Assembly (NCBI RefSeq): GCF_021869535.1
Contig: NW_026262581.1
Location: 137,826,001 to 137,890,000, forward strand
From: Mytilus californianus
Lineage: Eukaryota
Direction: 5' to 3'
Length of the DNA stretch: 64,000 nucleotides
The translations under genes and the position numbers were made by a program. Positions 63,113 to 64,000 of the stretch are shown one piece after another. The stretch's first letter is position 1. Every line of letters begins with the position of its first letter. The notes under the pieces are model-generated. The model was not told where the DNA came from. It saw only the letters and a list, made by a program, of their open reading frames with translations, and made no database searches.

Positions 63113-63299
63113 AATTCTTTACACAGCACTGTCAATATAAAAATAAACAAATTTATGTGGAATGGTTTGCTTATAAAATTAGAATCATTATCTAAAACAT
63201 TACAAGAGACTTATACAAGATGTTTTTGATAATGATTCTAATTTTATAAGCAAACCATTCCCCATAAATTTGTATATTGACAGTGCTGTGTAAAGAATT
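63113..63299. repeat. 187-bp foldback inverted repeat downstream of the PARPBP stop codon
   Basis: AATTCTTTACACAGCACTGTCAATATA...ATCATTATCTAAAACAT and its reverse complement; about 80-bp arms, one 7-nt bulge, about 19-nt loop. Confidence 0.9.
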
Positions 63300-64000
63300 G
63301 AACCAACAATCAGGTCTAGTAAATGGTTGTGTGTACTTAAGAATATATGTCATATCAAAACAATTTATATGAATCTTTTTCGAAATATTTGAAAGAAAAT
63401 AAACTGGAAACTTTAAGTTGGAAATTCCTGAAACATATTCTTATTCTGAACAATTTTTTTGGTTTACTTTGGATAAAATGGACATGGACTTCGTCAAATC
63501 TGTGCACCATAGTACATATTTGTTTCTGCTCCTCCTAACCCCTTATGTAATTTAATGGCACTTTATCAGAATCTATACCATATAATGCAATTGTGCACCT
63601 CCTATTTAGTTTTTTGGTTTGAATGATTTTTTGGGGAAGTTTCCCTTAGCTTAGTAAATCTTTGTTATTGCTTTATTTTTGGGGTACCCGTTTTGTATCT
63701 GGAACTCCTACAAAACCCCTTCTTACAATTAGTTGAAAATTTCTCATAATTTTTCTTTACCATAAAATGCTTTCCTTCCACCTCTGATTTTGGGTTTTCA
63801 TTACCTAAGCATGAACTTTGCCATTACTGTAAATTCAGAAATTATTACGAGGTTTTTATTAATGGAAATAATGTGACTGGGTGAGTACCTCAATAATAAG
63901 AACTCGCATTCTGATAACCGAAATATAGACCTGTATAAGGTTTTTTTCGAAATCACAATTACCAAACTCGCATTTTTGTCCATTCTTGAAAAATCGCAAC

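Overview
AT-rich, intron-containing animal genomic DNA; the repeat content points to a bivalve mollusc, probably Mytilus-like (inference). There are two host loci. (1) On the minus strand, a tandem cluster of three divergent 8-exon peroxisomal sarcosine/pipecolate oxidase (PIPOX-like) paralogs: copy C 26676-33574, copy B 12446-21177 and copy A 193-7102, whose last exon lies off the left edge. (2) On the plus strand, an 11-coding-exon PARPBP/PARI gene (about 44115-62380, 632 aa, C-terminal PIP box). Introns and intergenic DNA are packed with mobile elements: Penelope-like retroelements, a full-length Tc1/mariner, Helentron-associated (HINE-like) elements, a tRNA-SINE, a CR1/L2-like fragment, MITEs and four minisatellites. 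The strongest hidden signal is a 5'-truncated Naiad-type Penelope-like retroelement (about 37440-39325, minus) with an in-frame TGA at a position I recall as conserved Cys and a canonical SECIS hairpin in its 3' UTR, i.e. a selenoprotein-coding retrotransposon. Also notable: an intact minimal type I hammerhead ribozyme in a direct-repeat unit upstream of PIPOX-C, an active-site His-to-Gly change in PIPOX-A, and four separate tandem amplifications of exon/intron junctions, including a 70-copy satellite built from a PARPBP splice donor. All exon models were read by hand (GT-AG, phase-consistent); no database search was run.
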